This document shows, piece after piece, positions 1 through 10,909 of a DNA stretch of 64,000 nt. The notes beneath the pieces were generated by a model. It searched no databases, was not told where the DNA came from, and saw nothing but the letters and a program-made list of their open reading frames with translations. This DNA is from Amoebidium appalachense (taxonomy: Eukaryota > Protista > Ichthyosporea). Both the position numbers and the translations under genes were made by a program. Location: positions 2,666,001 through 2,730,000 of the forward strand of contig CAVNZM010000014.1 of the NCBI GenBank assembly GCA_963693365.1. Reading direction: 5' to 3'. The first letter of the stretch is position 1, and each line of letters starts with the position of its first letter.

Positions 1-2494
1 ATCCCAGCTTAAGTCACAGTGGGGTAGAGTTGATGTATGTGTATGCTATGCTACGAAACACCCTATATATATGCGCCTATTAGAATCTGCACAAGCCAGG
101 CCAGATTCACATCTCGTACTAGATACATGCACTAACTTTATTGTTGATGATTTGATAGATCTCGGTGATTATGCTGGCGGTGGTAGGAAGGAATATCCCG
201 ATGCTCTCTTGTTACCAAACACCACTCCCGCTAGACTAGGTGAACCCCTGTCTCAAAAGGAAAGCTTGCGCCGGCTTGCTAGTATGAATCGATTTGGCCC
301 CCCTGCTCGTATTATTGGTGATACCACTGGAGACCCCCTCATAGACTCTGATAAGTATTTCTCGGAACTGTTTAAAGATAGGACCCCCGCTCAGAAACCT
401 ATTGTGTGGCCTGTAGACCCATCTATCCCCATAGAATCGATCCTCCCCTTTTTCAGTCCCGATGCCATATGGTCTGTGATATCTAGTTATAGCTCTAGTA
501 AGTCTTGTGGACCTGATGGACTCCCTGCTGGGTTTCTTAAAATCCTTGTTCCCTCCTACCCACAAAAGGAAAGTGATCGTGCTATTAAACCTGATCTTAC
601 TATCATGTTAAGCTCTCTCTTTTCTTGGTGTGTTAAATGTGGACATGTCCCGTCATCTTGGTTAGATACCTTAGTGATCCCCATAGTTAAGAAGGACTCT
701 GAGGGCCCCATATCATCCTTTCGCCCCATTACACTAACCCAGGTTGTTCGTAGATTCTTTGAAGCTTGCTTACTTAGGTTATTTGCACATCACCCTAGGT
801 TTCAATCTATTCTTCACATACACCCATGCCAATCCGCTTTTCGTAAAAACAATTCATGTTATGTTCAAATAATGGCACTGCACGATTCTATGCAAGTTGG
901 TGCACAATATGTTGGCTTTATTGATTGGAAAACTGCTTACGATTCTGTCTCCCCTGGTCTCCTATGGGAAAAGCTTGCTGCACGGGGTGTACCACACTGC
1001 ATTGGTGTTCTGTTAGAAGCACTCTTGTCTCAAACCTATGGTAGAGCTGTGGTTAATGGGCATCTTTCATATGGTTTTGCTCGTACTAGAGGTCTCTTGC
1101 AGGGTTCATTGCTTAGCCCCTTTTTGTTTAACCTATTTATAGATGATTTGGCTGTCAAGATTTACGCCGAAAACGATGACCCTATTAATAACTTTCCGCC
1201 TGCACTTCTCTATGCTGATGATCTGTCCCTCCTTGCCCGTACCCCTAGACGCCTGCAAAGATTGTTCGATGTAGTGTCAGAGTGGTGCAAGGCAAACCTT
1301 ATGATCCTTAACATAGACAAATGTGGTGTTCTTGTACCTGATATAGCTAACAATTTACACACATTTACATTATCATCTAAACCTGTACCTATAGTTCCAG
1401 AATACAAATATCTTGGTGTTCCGGTTGATTCTGTTGGTGTTATGTTTCCCCATATGGTCGAAAAGAGGGTAGAGTTGGCTCGTAAGCGGTTAGCTTTCTT
1501 CTCGGCTAATATTTTTAAAGACACACCCCTCCATCCTTCTATTAGACTTACATTTATTCGCACTTTTGTCTTCCCGGCATGTGAATATGGTTTACCCCTT
1601 CTCGCCGCTTGGATCAAGAAAGAGAGAACTAGAGCGCTTAAACCCTTGGCAAATTTCCTTGAAGCAGAAGTTGCCTCCTTTCTATCTAACAACTGTTGTA
1701 AACCTGGGCCTGTAACGCTCTCGATATATGGTCTGGTCCCAATAGCTGCTAGAGTATCCTATCTCGCGCTGAAATTCAATAAGCACATAAGCCGCTTAAA
1801 GAAGTATTTGCCCTCCCACCCTCTCTTCTCTATCCGACCTGTCCCCTCCTCACCTCTCCCCTCTTTCCTCCCCTCTCTCTCCCCTTCTCCCCTGGGCACA
1901 AATACAAATAAACCCCGCAATAGTGTGTGTGTGATTTTGGACTGCCACTTACTTATTAAACATGTACACAATCACAAGATAATCACGCAATATAACAAAT
2001 GGAAAAAGATACCACACGACACTAGACCCGATGAAAGCATACACCTTGAAAAACTAAGCCTTATGTCTCGTTTTATATATACTGACCGCCTCAACCATAT
2101 TGCCAAATATGGCACTCGCAAGTGTATAACACCTAAATACATATTACCTTCCTGTAGAACTGGTCTTTCTCTAGCTGATGGTATTATTGATCAATTACCA
2201 CGCTTTTACTGTACACGTGCTATACAGTGGAGATCTAATAAGTATAAGGTGGCATCATTTGCATGCCCAAACAACACACACACACACCAGTTTAACCGGT
2301 CATGTATCGCCAAATGTAGTTTGATAGACCACATAATACCGCAACACACACACGTCACATTCACAACAGACACCCAGAAAGATAGCCTACCTGTAAATTA
2401 CAACATCCTTGATTTTATACTAAACACGCGTAACTACGACCTGTTTATTAGATGTATTGATTGGCTTGAGAAACACATCACTACAAAATTATAG
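1..2494 (+). CDS. Non-LTR (LINE-type) retrotransposon reverse transcriptase ORF, 5'-incomplete
   Basis: 807-aa ORF from 71 whose frame stays open to the window edge. It has non-LTR RT motifs SCGPDG, FRPITL, QSAFR, FIDWKTAYDSV, GLLQGSLLSPFLFNLFIDD, LYADD and YKYLGV, and a Cys/His-containing C-terminus (CPNNTHTHQFNRSC). Confidence 0.95.
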   Translation, partial: SQLKSQWGRVDVCVCYATKHPIYMRLLESAQARPDSHLVLDTCTNFIVDDLIDLGDYAGGGRKEYPDALLLPNTTPARLGEPLSQKESLRRLASMNRFGPPARIIGDTTGDPLIDSDKYFSELFKDRTPAQKPIVWPVDPSIPIESILPFFSPDAIWSVISSYSSSKSCGPDGLPAGFLKILVPSYPQKESDRAIKPDLTIMLSSLFSWCVKCGHVPSSWLDTLVIPIVKKDSEGPISSFRPITLTQVVRRFFEACLLRLFAHHPRFQSILHIHPCQSAFRKNNSCYVQIMALHDSMQVGAQYVGFIDWKTAYDSVSPGLLWEKLAARGVPHCIGVLLEALLSQTYGRAVVNGHLSYGFARTRGLLQGSLLSPFLFNLFIDDLAVKIYAENDDPINNFPPALLYADDLSLLARTPRRLQRLFDVVSEWCKANLMILNIDKCGVLVPDIANNLHTFTLSSKPVPIVPEYKYLGVPVDSVGVMFPHMVEKRVELARKRLAFFSANIFKDTPLHPSIRLTFIRTFVFPACEYGLPLLAAWIKKERTRALKPLANFLEAEVASFLSNNCCKPGPVTLSIYGLVPIAARVSYLALKFNKHISRLKKYLPSHPLFSIRPVPSSPLPSFLPSLSPSPLGTNTNKPRNSVCVILDCHLLIKHVHNHKIITQYNKWKKIPHDTRPDESIHLEKLSLMSRFIYTDRLNHIAKYGTRKCITPKYILPSCRTGLSLADGIIDQLPRFYCTRAIQWRSNKYKVASFACPNNTHTHQFNRSCIAKCSLIDHIIPQHTHVTFTTDTQKDSLPVNYNILDFILNTRNYDLFIRCIDWLEKHITTKL

Positions 2495-2498
2495 CGCA

Positions 2499-2569
<71 letters not shown>

Positions 2570-2601
2570 CCAGCTGATACCGAGTGTCCCGAGGGGAGCC
2601 C

Positions 2602-2651
<50 letters not shown>

Positions 2652-2844
2652 GGGGAACCCCAACTAATTGATTTCTCCTTGTAGTCTTTATGGTGTCTCG
2701 TAGAGAAAGTAAACCCTGATATATAGTCACCACCCGACATCTATGTACGTGATCATGATATACCGCTGAGGGGATATTCCGAGCAAACCCCCCCCCCCAT
2801 ACCTGAGACTGGTTCTCTTTGCCTCGAGTAAACAGCGTAAACCC
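1..2844 (+). mobile_element. 3' part of a LINE-like element: RT ORF, (CA)n, A45 tract, possibly extending to 2844
   Basis: RT ORF, then (CA)n at ~2503-2568 and an A-tract at 2606-2650. The 194 nt from 2651 to 2844 do not match the LTR element and may belong to the LINE or be separate. Confidence 0.8.
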
Positions 2845-3008
2845 CTCAGTCTCTCGCTGGCGCTCTCTCGTTCAGGTCTGATCCTTTCTTGTTACACGTG
2901 TCGTAGCTCTTCGACGCGTCCGACAATACAGGCTCACCCACGTTATCACGAGGTCAGTGTCTCTTTGCCTGTCTTGTCTCCTTTCCGTGCCTGGAGCACG
3001 TTGACACA

Positions 3009-3018
3009 TGGTAGCAGA
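3009..3018 (+). promoter_or_regulatory. Primer-binding site complementary to the initiator tRNA-Met 3' end
   Basis: TGGTAGCAGA directly abuts the LTR terminal CA and is complementary to UCUGCUACCA, the 3' end of animal-type tRNAi-Met. Confidence 0.75.
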
Positions 3019-4337
3019 AAAGGTTCTTTCCTTAGCGCCCTGAGAGCCCCTACCGTCACGTTTTCCACTTGTGCCTCTGCTCTGCCAAAAAAAAAAAAAA
3101 AACTCTTTATTTTTTATTTTTTTTACTTTTTTCTTCCTTAGCAACCTACCGGCAGACCTTTAGGTTACTTCTTGTGTGTTTTCTTATGTCTCACCGCTGT
3201 TCTTTCCTGCCAAGTTGCCTTGCTGAAGAAGACTTGACTGTTCTTTCGTTTTTGGCTGTTTTTACGTTTTTTCGTTTTTTTCACCCCATCCGAAGCATCT
3301 TCCTTTTCCATTGGCTAATTTCCGAATCCACCTGCCAACGCCCTTTACTTTCGTTTGCGGTATAGTTTCCTGGCCCCCTGTTGCTACTTTCCTGCTTGAC
3401 TTAGTACAAACATCCTTGCCTTTACGTTTTTGGCCTGTTTTACGTTTTCCACTTTTGCCTTCACATCCTTAGCATCTTGCCTTCCCATTGGCTGCCTTGT
3501 TGCCCTAACTTCACACTAGCTTTACCTGTATACCGCTGTATGCTGTTTTTGCAAAAAACACACAACCCAATGCACACGAAATTCTGCTGTCAAACAGACC
3601 ATGATACAATTGCTATACCAACTGCTGTCTACTTTTTGCCTACACAACGAAGCATTGCCTCGCTGAAGGTCATACACACAGCACAGCCACAATAAATATT
3701 ATGCTTGCAAGCGGCAAGTTGCTTTAGTTTTCCGCCGCCGATGCTAAAATTAGTCCGACCGTACGTTTTTTTTTGTTTTTTTTTTTTTTGCCAAAACATC
3801 GTCTGCTAGCACCTTTATACCACCCATACTTGCACTTGGCCGCTGTCGCCACCCTTTACACGCTTGCTGATATATGGCCGCTGTCGCCATTAACACACAC
3901 TGCTGTGTTGCCGTTGCTGATGCTTGGCCGCTGCTGCCACACATACACTTTGCCTTTGCTTCTCTTGGCCGCCGTTGCCACACGCTTGCGATCACACTAG
4001 GCCACTGTTGCCACACTCCTGCTTTCACGCTTGACACACTCTAGCCTTTGACCGCTGTGTCACACAAAGCCTTTGTTTTGCACTTGCCCGGTTTTGCTCT
4101 CATTCCCTTTTGGCCACCGATGCCCCCCCACGGGCAAGCTGCCGTTACCCTAACCCGATAGACTTCGAAAAAAAAAAAAAATTAAAAAAAAAAAAAAAAA
4201 AATCTGGTTTATGCATTCGAGCTGCTAGCAATCGAAACGACTCACTTCCCCACGACTCACTGCCTCACTACGTACCAAAAATCACTTTGACTTACACTGC
4301 AATACCACACCCACGTTATCACGAGACCCACACTACC

Positions 4338-5227
4338 ATGGCTAATCCCAACGCTTTGAACAATGCCATTATGGCCCTGCCTGCTGAGCTCCATGCCGCC
4401 CCGCAGCAGCAGGAACCTGTCCTTGTTGCCATGGATCCACAGCCCCAATTGTTTGCCGCTGGCAATGCCGCCCCCGTGCCCCACGTTGGTGGTGCCGGCC
4501 CCGTGCCCCAAGTTGGTGGTGCTGCCCCCGTGCCCCCTGTTGCTGGTGCTGCCCCCGTGCTCCCCGTTGCTGGTGGTGCTGCTGCTGTTCCTGGTGGCGT
4601 CCCGGCCGCTGCCCCTGCTCAGGGTGCGGGCCAGCCTGCCGCCCACATGGCCGCTGTGGTCCCTGCCGAGCATCAACAGCACGCTGCTGCTGCCGCTGGT
4701 CACGCCGTCGCACAACCGGTGATGCAACCCATTGCCTTCCTCCAGCAGGGTGATGCTAACCTGGCTGCCGCTCTCGCCATTGCCCACCGTGACCAACAGC
4801 TGCGTAACCCGCGCGCCGAGATTCTCAAGACTTGCCCAAGCACAGGCCGAAGCTGTGCGCATAGAAGCCGCCGCGTATGCTCAACCCCTTGACGAGCCCG
4901 ATCTACCGGAAGACACACAATTCCGCCCTGCCACCCCTCCACCTATGCCTCCACCCCCGCCTCCGCCCTCATCCCCAACCCGCACGCCACCACCTACCCC
5001 GCCCCGTACACGAAAGCGACACCGCCGGACCGAGAGATCACCATCACCGCCTCCCGCCCCGCCACCACCATCCTGGCAGGCACCCGACGGCCACATAAAT
5101 GCGCCATACCAATTCACCTGGCTTGCACCAGGTAGAGCCCGAGCCCCCACACAATGGTGACCACTACTACCTCCACAAAGACAGACACACCGGCCAGTCG
5201 ATCTGGCTACTACAAAAGTACCAGTGA
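4338..5227 (+). pseudogene. Ala/Pro/Gln-rich ORF inside the LTR element, with two apparent frameshifts
   Basis: ACCATGG start and MANPNALNN...; GAAPVPxVA repeats. Removing one A at ~4827 joins RAEIL to RLAQAQAEAVRIE, a Pro-rich tract and RKRHRR. Removing one CA at ~5150 gives ...HYYLHKDRHTGQSIWLLQKYQ* (TGA 5225-5227). Confidence 0.55.
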
Positions 5228-5308
5228 CCGCCTGGACTAAGTTAACTTACCACAAAACTGATACCTCGTGACCGGATGCCGCTGAGTAAGGTAAAACACA
5301 CACACACG

Positions 5309-5364
<56 letters not shown>

Positions 5365-6072
5365 GCACATGTACACGCACACTGCCACACACACGCACAC
5401 AGGCACACACACTGGCACATACCGCACACCACATGCACCCGCACTCTTGACGCATGCACTCAGTCGCACGTGCCCTTTAGATCTAGACTTAGTGTGTGTA
5501 TAGCCGCAGCAAAAAAAATGTATATTTAAAATGGCATGTAATGTATATGATGGGCCATTATAGGGCGTCCCCTGCTGTGCAGTGTCCTATATTGGAAATG
5601 GCTGATGGATTTTGGGACTTTGCCACAGCCACGCGCGACACTCCCCATCGGTGTCTCTTAGCAACCCGCTGGCCGGGCGATAGCTTTCTCACCTCTCTGC
5701 TTACCTATTCTTTTCGTTGTCTCTAGGTAGCTCTGCCTACTGTTTTTGCTTTTGCTTACCCTTGTCTCTTCTGCATGAGCTCGGGGCGAGCTCACCGCCG
5801 CCCGGGGGATGTATGAGCGAGATATCCCTTGGATAGTCGGGCCTATAGACCCCCCTCTCTGATAGACCCCCCTGGCATGCCCCTAGCCTGCCGCACGCAT
5901 CATGCCAGCTCAGTCTCTCGCTGGCGCTCTCTCGTTCAGGTCTGATCCTTTCTTGTTACACGTGTCGTAGCTCTTCCACGCGTCCGACAATACAGGCTCA
6001 CCCACGTTATCACGAGGTCAGTGTCTCTTTGCCTGTCTTGTCTCCTTTCCGTGCCTGGAGCACGTTGACACA

Positions 6073-6255
6073 ATTGTTCCATTTCAGTGTTCTGATTGGA
6101 GCCCCGAGTCGCCATATATAGTTCGTTGCGGAGTGCGGGGCTGCGGGCACTGCGGATCCGAGAGTTTCCCGGGGCTGACTCTGTGTTGGCCGGACATTAC
6201 GGCGGACAAACCTCGTGACAAGGATTGGTACTGTGAGCATACAATATTATATTAG
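6073..6255 (+). pseudogene. PHD-finger-like coding fragment directly right of the 3' LTR
   Basis: Open frame IVPFQCSDWSPESPYIVRCGVRGCGHCGSESFPGLTLCWPDITADKPRDKDWYCEH. The CxxxxC...WYC pattern resembles the second half of a PHD finger. Confidence 0.3.
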
Positions 6256-6790
6256 TAATGGTTGCGGTATATATGTGTGGATGTGGTTTAGCCCAATTAA
6301 TGTTGGCTTATAATGACCTCATCAATGATACAAACGACTATATTCACACGTAGTACCTGCTGCGCCTGCCACATGTACTCCATTCTCGATCCGAGCTCGA
6401 ACTCTCTCACGTTGTAGATTGCATGTTTGCATGTGCACATTGTTCTGGTGGCGTTCCAGCATAGAGGCGATAGTGCGGTCATGGCGGTGGGAAAAACCCA
6501 CCATACAGAGATTGGAGAAAAAAGAGCCACTCAAAACGAGCAGCTGGACCAGCTGCAGGCTCAGTTTAGTATGTAAGGGCAGGCAGGGGCTGCTGAAAAC
6601 AGACACCACTCCATGGGGTTCGGGTTCACGTTGAAAGGGCCAGTGAAGGGGCCTAGGCGAGGGAGGAAGGGGAGGGAATTAATGAATAAATATATGCAGA
6701 AATAAACGTTGATGTTGTCCGAAGTTAAAACGATGGGTTGGCAGCATGTGCACATGAGTTGATGCCAGGATCCTCGAGGGGAGGTGGTTT

Positions 6791-6829
<39 letters not shown>

Positions 6830-6844
6830 GGAGGGGGGGGGAGA

Positions 6845-7013
<169 letters not shown>

Positions 7014-7841
7014 TGAGTGTGTGAAAGAGAGAGAGAAGAGAGAGAGGGAGGGAGAGTGAGAGAGGGAGGGAGAGAGAATAAAATGTGCTTCTGGTAATTT
7101 TGGATCTGTGACTTGTGCCTCGCTGTCTATGTCGCTAGTGTTTGAATCTGGCTCACGGATCAAGATTGTGCTTGAGTGTGCCCACGCGTGTGCGTGCGCG
7201 TACATGTACATGTGCAGTGTGTGTGTGCGCGTGTATTGGTGTGTGTGCACACGACCAACATGGAGAGCGTGTGCACGCACCCGCACGTACAAGGTTGAAT
7301 GTTGAAATCCCTTATTTTTTCTTTCTTTTTTTTAGGGGAGGGGGGGGGAGAGAGAGAGAGAGGGGGGGGGGGGGGGGGGGGGGGGGAGGGTGAGAGGGTC
7401 AAACCATGCATTACAGATTACGAATTCGAAGTACACATTCACGACAGACAACACAATGCTGATTTTGCCAAAGCACACACAAAACTCGGAATATGCATCA
7501 TAATCATGAGTAGTGCTTATCCTCAGGGGCCCATGTCATCCAATGAAGGTGCGGTGGGGGGGGGGGGGGGGATGTATTAGAGGATTGAAATTTCTATAAT
7601 GACTTTATTTATTTTCTCTTCACAATAGAGGCAAGCGAGATATCAAACTACGCCAGCCTTCTAACTTCGACCGGAATAACCTGAAATAAATAAGGGGTTT
7701 ACGCTTTTTATTCGAAATAAATAAATCTATCTAAGCCATTTTTGAATTTGAAATCGGGGGTGGGAAGTATTGAGGTCCCCCCTGATGGTGCCCCCCCCCC
7801 CCCCCCCCCCCGCTCCCTGCGGCCTGGAGCTCGAGGGGGTG

Positions 7842-7875
<34 letters not shown>

Positions 7876-8864
7876 CGGGGAGTCCGACGTGAGCCTTCCT
7901 GCCGGTCACGGCTGCGTAACCCCCTCTTAATGTTTCTGGGAGGCTCGCCTCCCTCCCTCCCCCCTCCCCCCCTCATCCACCGCCATCACCAACATTTTGT
8001 GCTAAGTAGTCTTCTTTAGCCTCGAATTTTGGCTAGGGCAGATCTATCATGCACAACATGTCACTGGGACGGTGTGTGTCTGGAATTTTTGTGCCATGTA
8101 GACGTGCTACTGCCAGTGGGACCGTGTGTGTATGTGTCCGTAAGGTGGGTGGGCATTCGAACCTGTGCTAATCACTGTAGTGGCCTGACAGGGTGTGAGT
8201 AAACGCCGTGCAACATGTGCAAGCTGCGTGGACACAATGCGCTTAGCATGTGCAAAATAAGATGGTGCATTTCACGTGTGTGCCAGAGAAGAGGGTGTGT
8301 GCACACGTGTGGGTGTCACGGTGCACGTGCATGTGCGTTTCAGCGCATGTTTGTCTGTGTGTGTGTTTGTGTGCATGTGTGTGCGCGTGTTGTGTGAGTG
8401 CATGTGTCAGTGGTTGAGAGTCTTTCAAAATTCTCTAGCACAAAATCGCACGCATGTGCCTTCCGTGGCATGTGTGTTTGCATTGCCATAGCCATGATGT
8501 GTGTGTTTGTGTGTTTCTGTAGTTGTTGCAATTGATGCATAAATGATGCCGCACGATGCATGAATGAAGTTGCGCCAAAGGATAAGCGGAAGCAGTTAGA
8601 GAGAAAAAAAGGGATTCAGAAAATATGTCGCGTGTTTGCGCGTGCATCATGATGTTTGTGTGCCACCATAGGGATTAGCATATATTTAATACCCTGCGGC
8701 AGTCTGTGAGCGTATTGGTCCAGGAGTCTAGCGTGCGTGTATGTGTATGTGTGCGAAAAAATCAGTGGTGATGAGCCACAAGTTATTGAGGTCTCGGTAT
8801 CAGCTTGAGATCTATTTAAAAAGGGGTGTAGAGAGGGGAGGCCCCAAAGGGTCCGCAACGATTC

Positions 8865-8895
<31 letters not shown>

Positions 8896-9285
8896 AATGC
8901 CTAGTCGCTAGTAAGCAGGTCATATTGACTCAGAGCCTGATAACTGATACCATTAAACTTAGTATGAGTGGATTTAGAGAAGGTGCCAATGCCATCATGT
9001 TTTCAAGTTGCGTATATCCAATACATAGTAATTTATTAGTCATTTTTGGATAGCCCCCCCCCCCCTCGCCCCCTGGGTGGTAGATCCCCCCCCCCCTCCC
9101 CCCAGCCAGCGGAGGGGTGGTGGGTTTCCCAAACTTACTACTACCCCTTCCCGTGTCAAAATCAAAAAAGCCTAAGTGTTTACGAGAAAAATGCTCTGCA
9201 CGAACTTTGAAAGTGGCACAAACACTTATGAAAACAAAGGTTACAGCGCCAAAACTGTTGTGAAAGCAAGTTTTATCCTCCTCCT

Positions 9286-9316
<31 letters not shown>

Positions 9317-9419
9317 CCCCCCCAAACACACAGGCACACAACCATTCAATTCCCTTAACAGGGGGGGAAATTCACTCTTAGACTAGTATATTCAGTGACT
9401 ATCCAAAACAACTCATCAC

Positions 9420-9467
9420 TGCCAGGGTCCCCTCCAGCAGCAGTCTGAACATTGGGTGTTCCCGGAA
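9420..9467 (-). pseudogene. Fragment paralogous to the last PX-domain exon of the sorting nexin
   Basis: Encodes FREHPMFRLLLEGTLA versus FREHPMFRLLLEGTPA at 26947-26994, and is followed by GT at the equivalent donor position. Confidence 0.75.
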
Positions 9468-9514
9468 CATTGCAACCTCAGAAATAACAGAGCACTTGGA
9501 CTAGTACTGTGAAG

Positions 9515-10050
9515 GCCAATCACTATCGGCAGAATTAACATGCTCTGAGCAGAATTATTCTGCAACAAGTAGTTATTCTGCAACTTTGAAACCAGATTCT
9601 CCTGCAGAAGCCGAATTATCAGTGCTCTCGGAGCAAAATTAATCTGTCAAGTGAGCAGAGCCATTCTGCGGTTAGCGGATTGATTCTGCTTTCGACTGGG
9701 TGGCGGAATCACTGAAGCTTCTCCAACCATTGCCGTGAAGGTTTGCAGAATAACTCTGCTTAAACTTAACTCTGCTTAAACTTGCCGTTTTGAATGAATT
9801 CTGCTTTTAGCAGAATAATTCTGCTTTTGAATTTGCAGATTAACTCCGCTTTTACATATTGTATTCGGTGTTTATCAAATTAATTCTGCCTTTAGTAGAA
9901 TGATTCTGCAAGATAGCAGAATAAAGCTTTTCTCGGAATAGTCATTCTTTTTCGGAATAATTCTGCTCGCCAATGACGGAAAGGTACCCGGTTGTTTGTG
10001 TAAGAAAAGCTTGTCAGCGACTGAGTTCGGCGAATGATGTTCTGCAGGAC
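9515..10050. repeat. Segment with many ATTCTGC/GCAGAAT motifs in both orientations, probably DNA-transposon subterminal repeats
   Basis: Many copies of GCAGAAT, ATTCTGC and ACTCTGC in ~530 bp. No clean TIR or TSD found. Confidence 0.5.
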
Positions 10051-10577
10051 CACACTGGGCACTGCGGGTGCAGGACTATATCCAGTGATTACTGAGTGAC
10101 TTTCGAAATATCAGGCACTACCGGGGGTATGCTGTGAGTTTAAGTCTATGGTACACGGCATTAGTAACTAGTATATGGTGTGTAGGGTGTTAAGTAATGA
10201 CCCAACCGTTAACGTTCTACGTGTACATATGCTCAACTTAGTGAAAACAGTTGTGTAAGCGTGCGTATATATTCCACGGTTGTTAAACCGTCGTCGATCC
10301 CCCCCCCCCCCCCCCCCCCCCTCCCCCTCCCCCCCTCCCCCCCCCTCTCCACCACCCCCACACTACATGCGTACACACCCTCCCGCCCACCAACCCAGCC
10401 TATCCCCCTTGTGTGCGTATGGCACGTGTGTGCCTGTATGAGTGCATGCAGCGTGTGTGTGTACAGTGAGTGTGTGTGTGTGTGTGTGTGTGTTTGTGTT
10501 TGTGTTTGTGTTTGTGTGTGTGTTTGTGTGTTTGTGTGTGTATGTGTGCGTGTGTTTGTGTGTGTGCGTGTATGTGT

Positions 10578-10629
<52 letters not shown>

Positions 10630-10824
10630 GTGTGTGTGTGTGTGTTTGTGTGTGTGTGTGCGTATGTGTGTGTTCCCGCGCATGTGTGACTGTGTGTACA
10701 TGTGTACTCGTTTTTGTATGCATGCGATCATTGATCAGCGTGTGTGCCAGTTTGTGTGCATGCACATGTGTGGGTGCGTCAGGTGCGTGTGTGTGTGTGT
10801 GCGTATGTGTGTGTTTGTGCCACG

Positions 10825-10909
<85 letters not shown>

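Larger units (their letters stand above)
2845..6072 (+). mobile_element. Non-autonomous Ty3/Gypsy-like LTR retroelement (5' LTR lacks its first ~99 nt within the window)
   Basis: 164-bp direct repeats at 2845-3008 and 5909-6072 (one mismatch seen), both ending in ...GACACA. TGGTAGCAGA follows the first copy. GAGCTCGGGGCGAGCTC...CCCGGGGGA|TGT precedes a putative full 3' LTR at 5810-6072. No gag, RT or integrase motifs inside. Confidence 0.8.

Noticed and set aside
8140-8210. tRNA or tRNA-SINE (minus-strand GGTTCGAAT B-box)
   Set aside because: No cloverleaf or convincing A-box.
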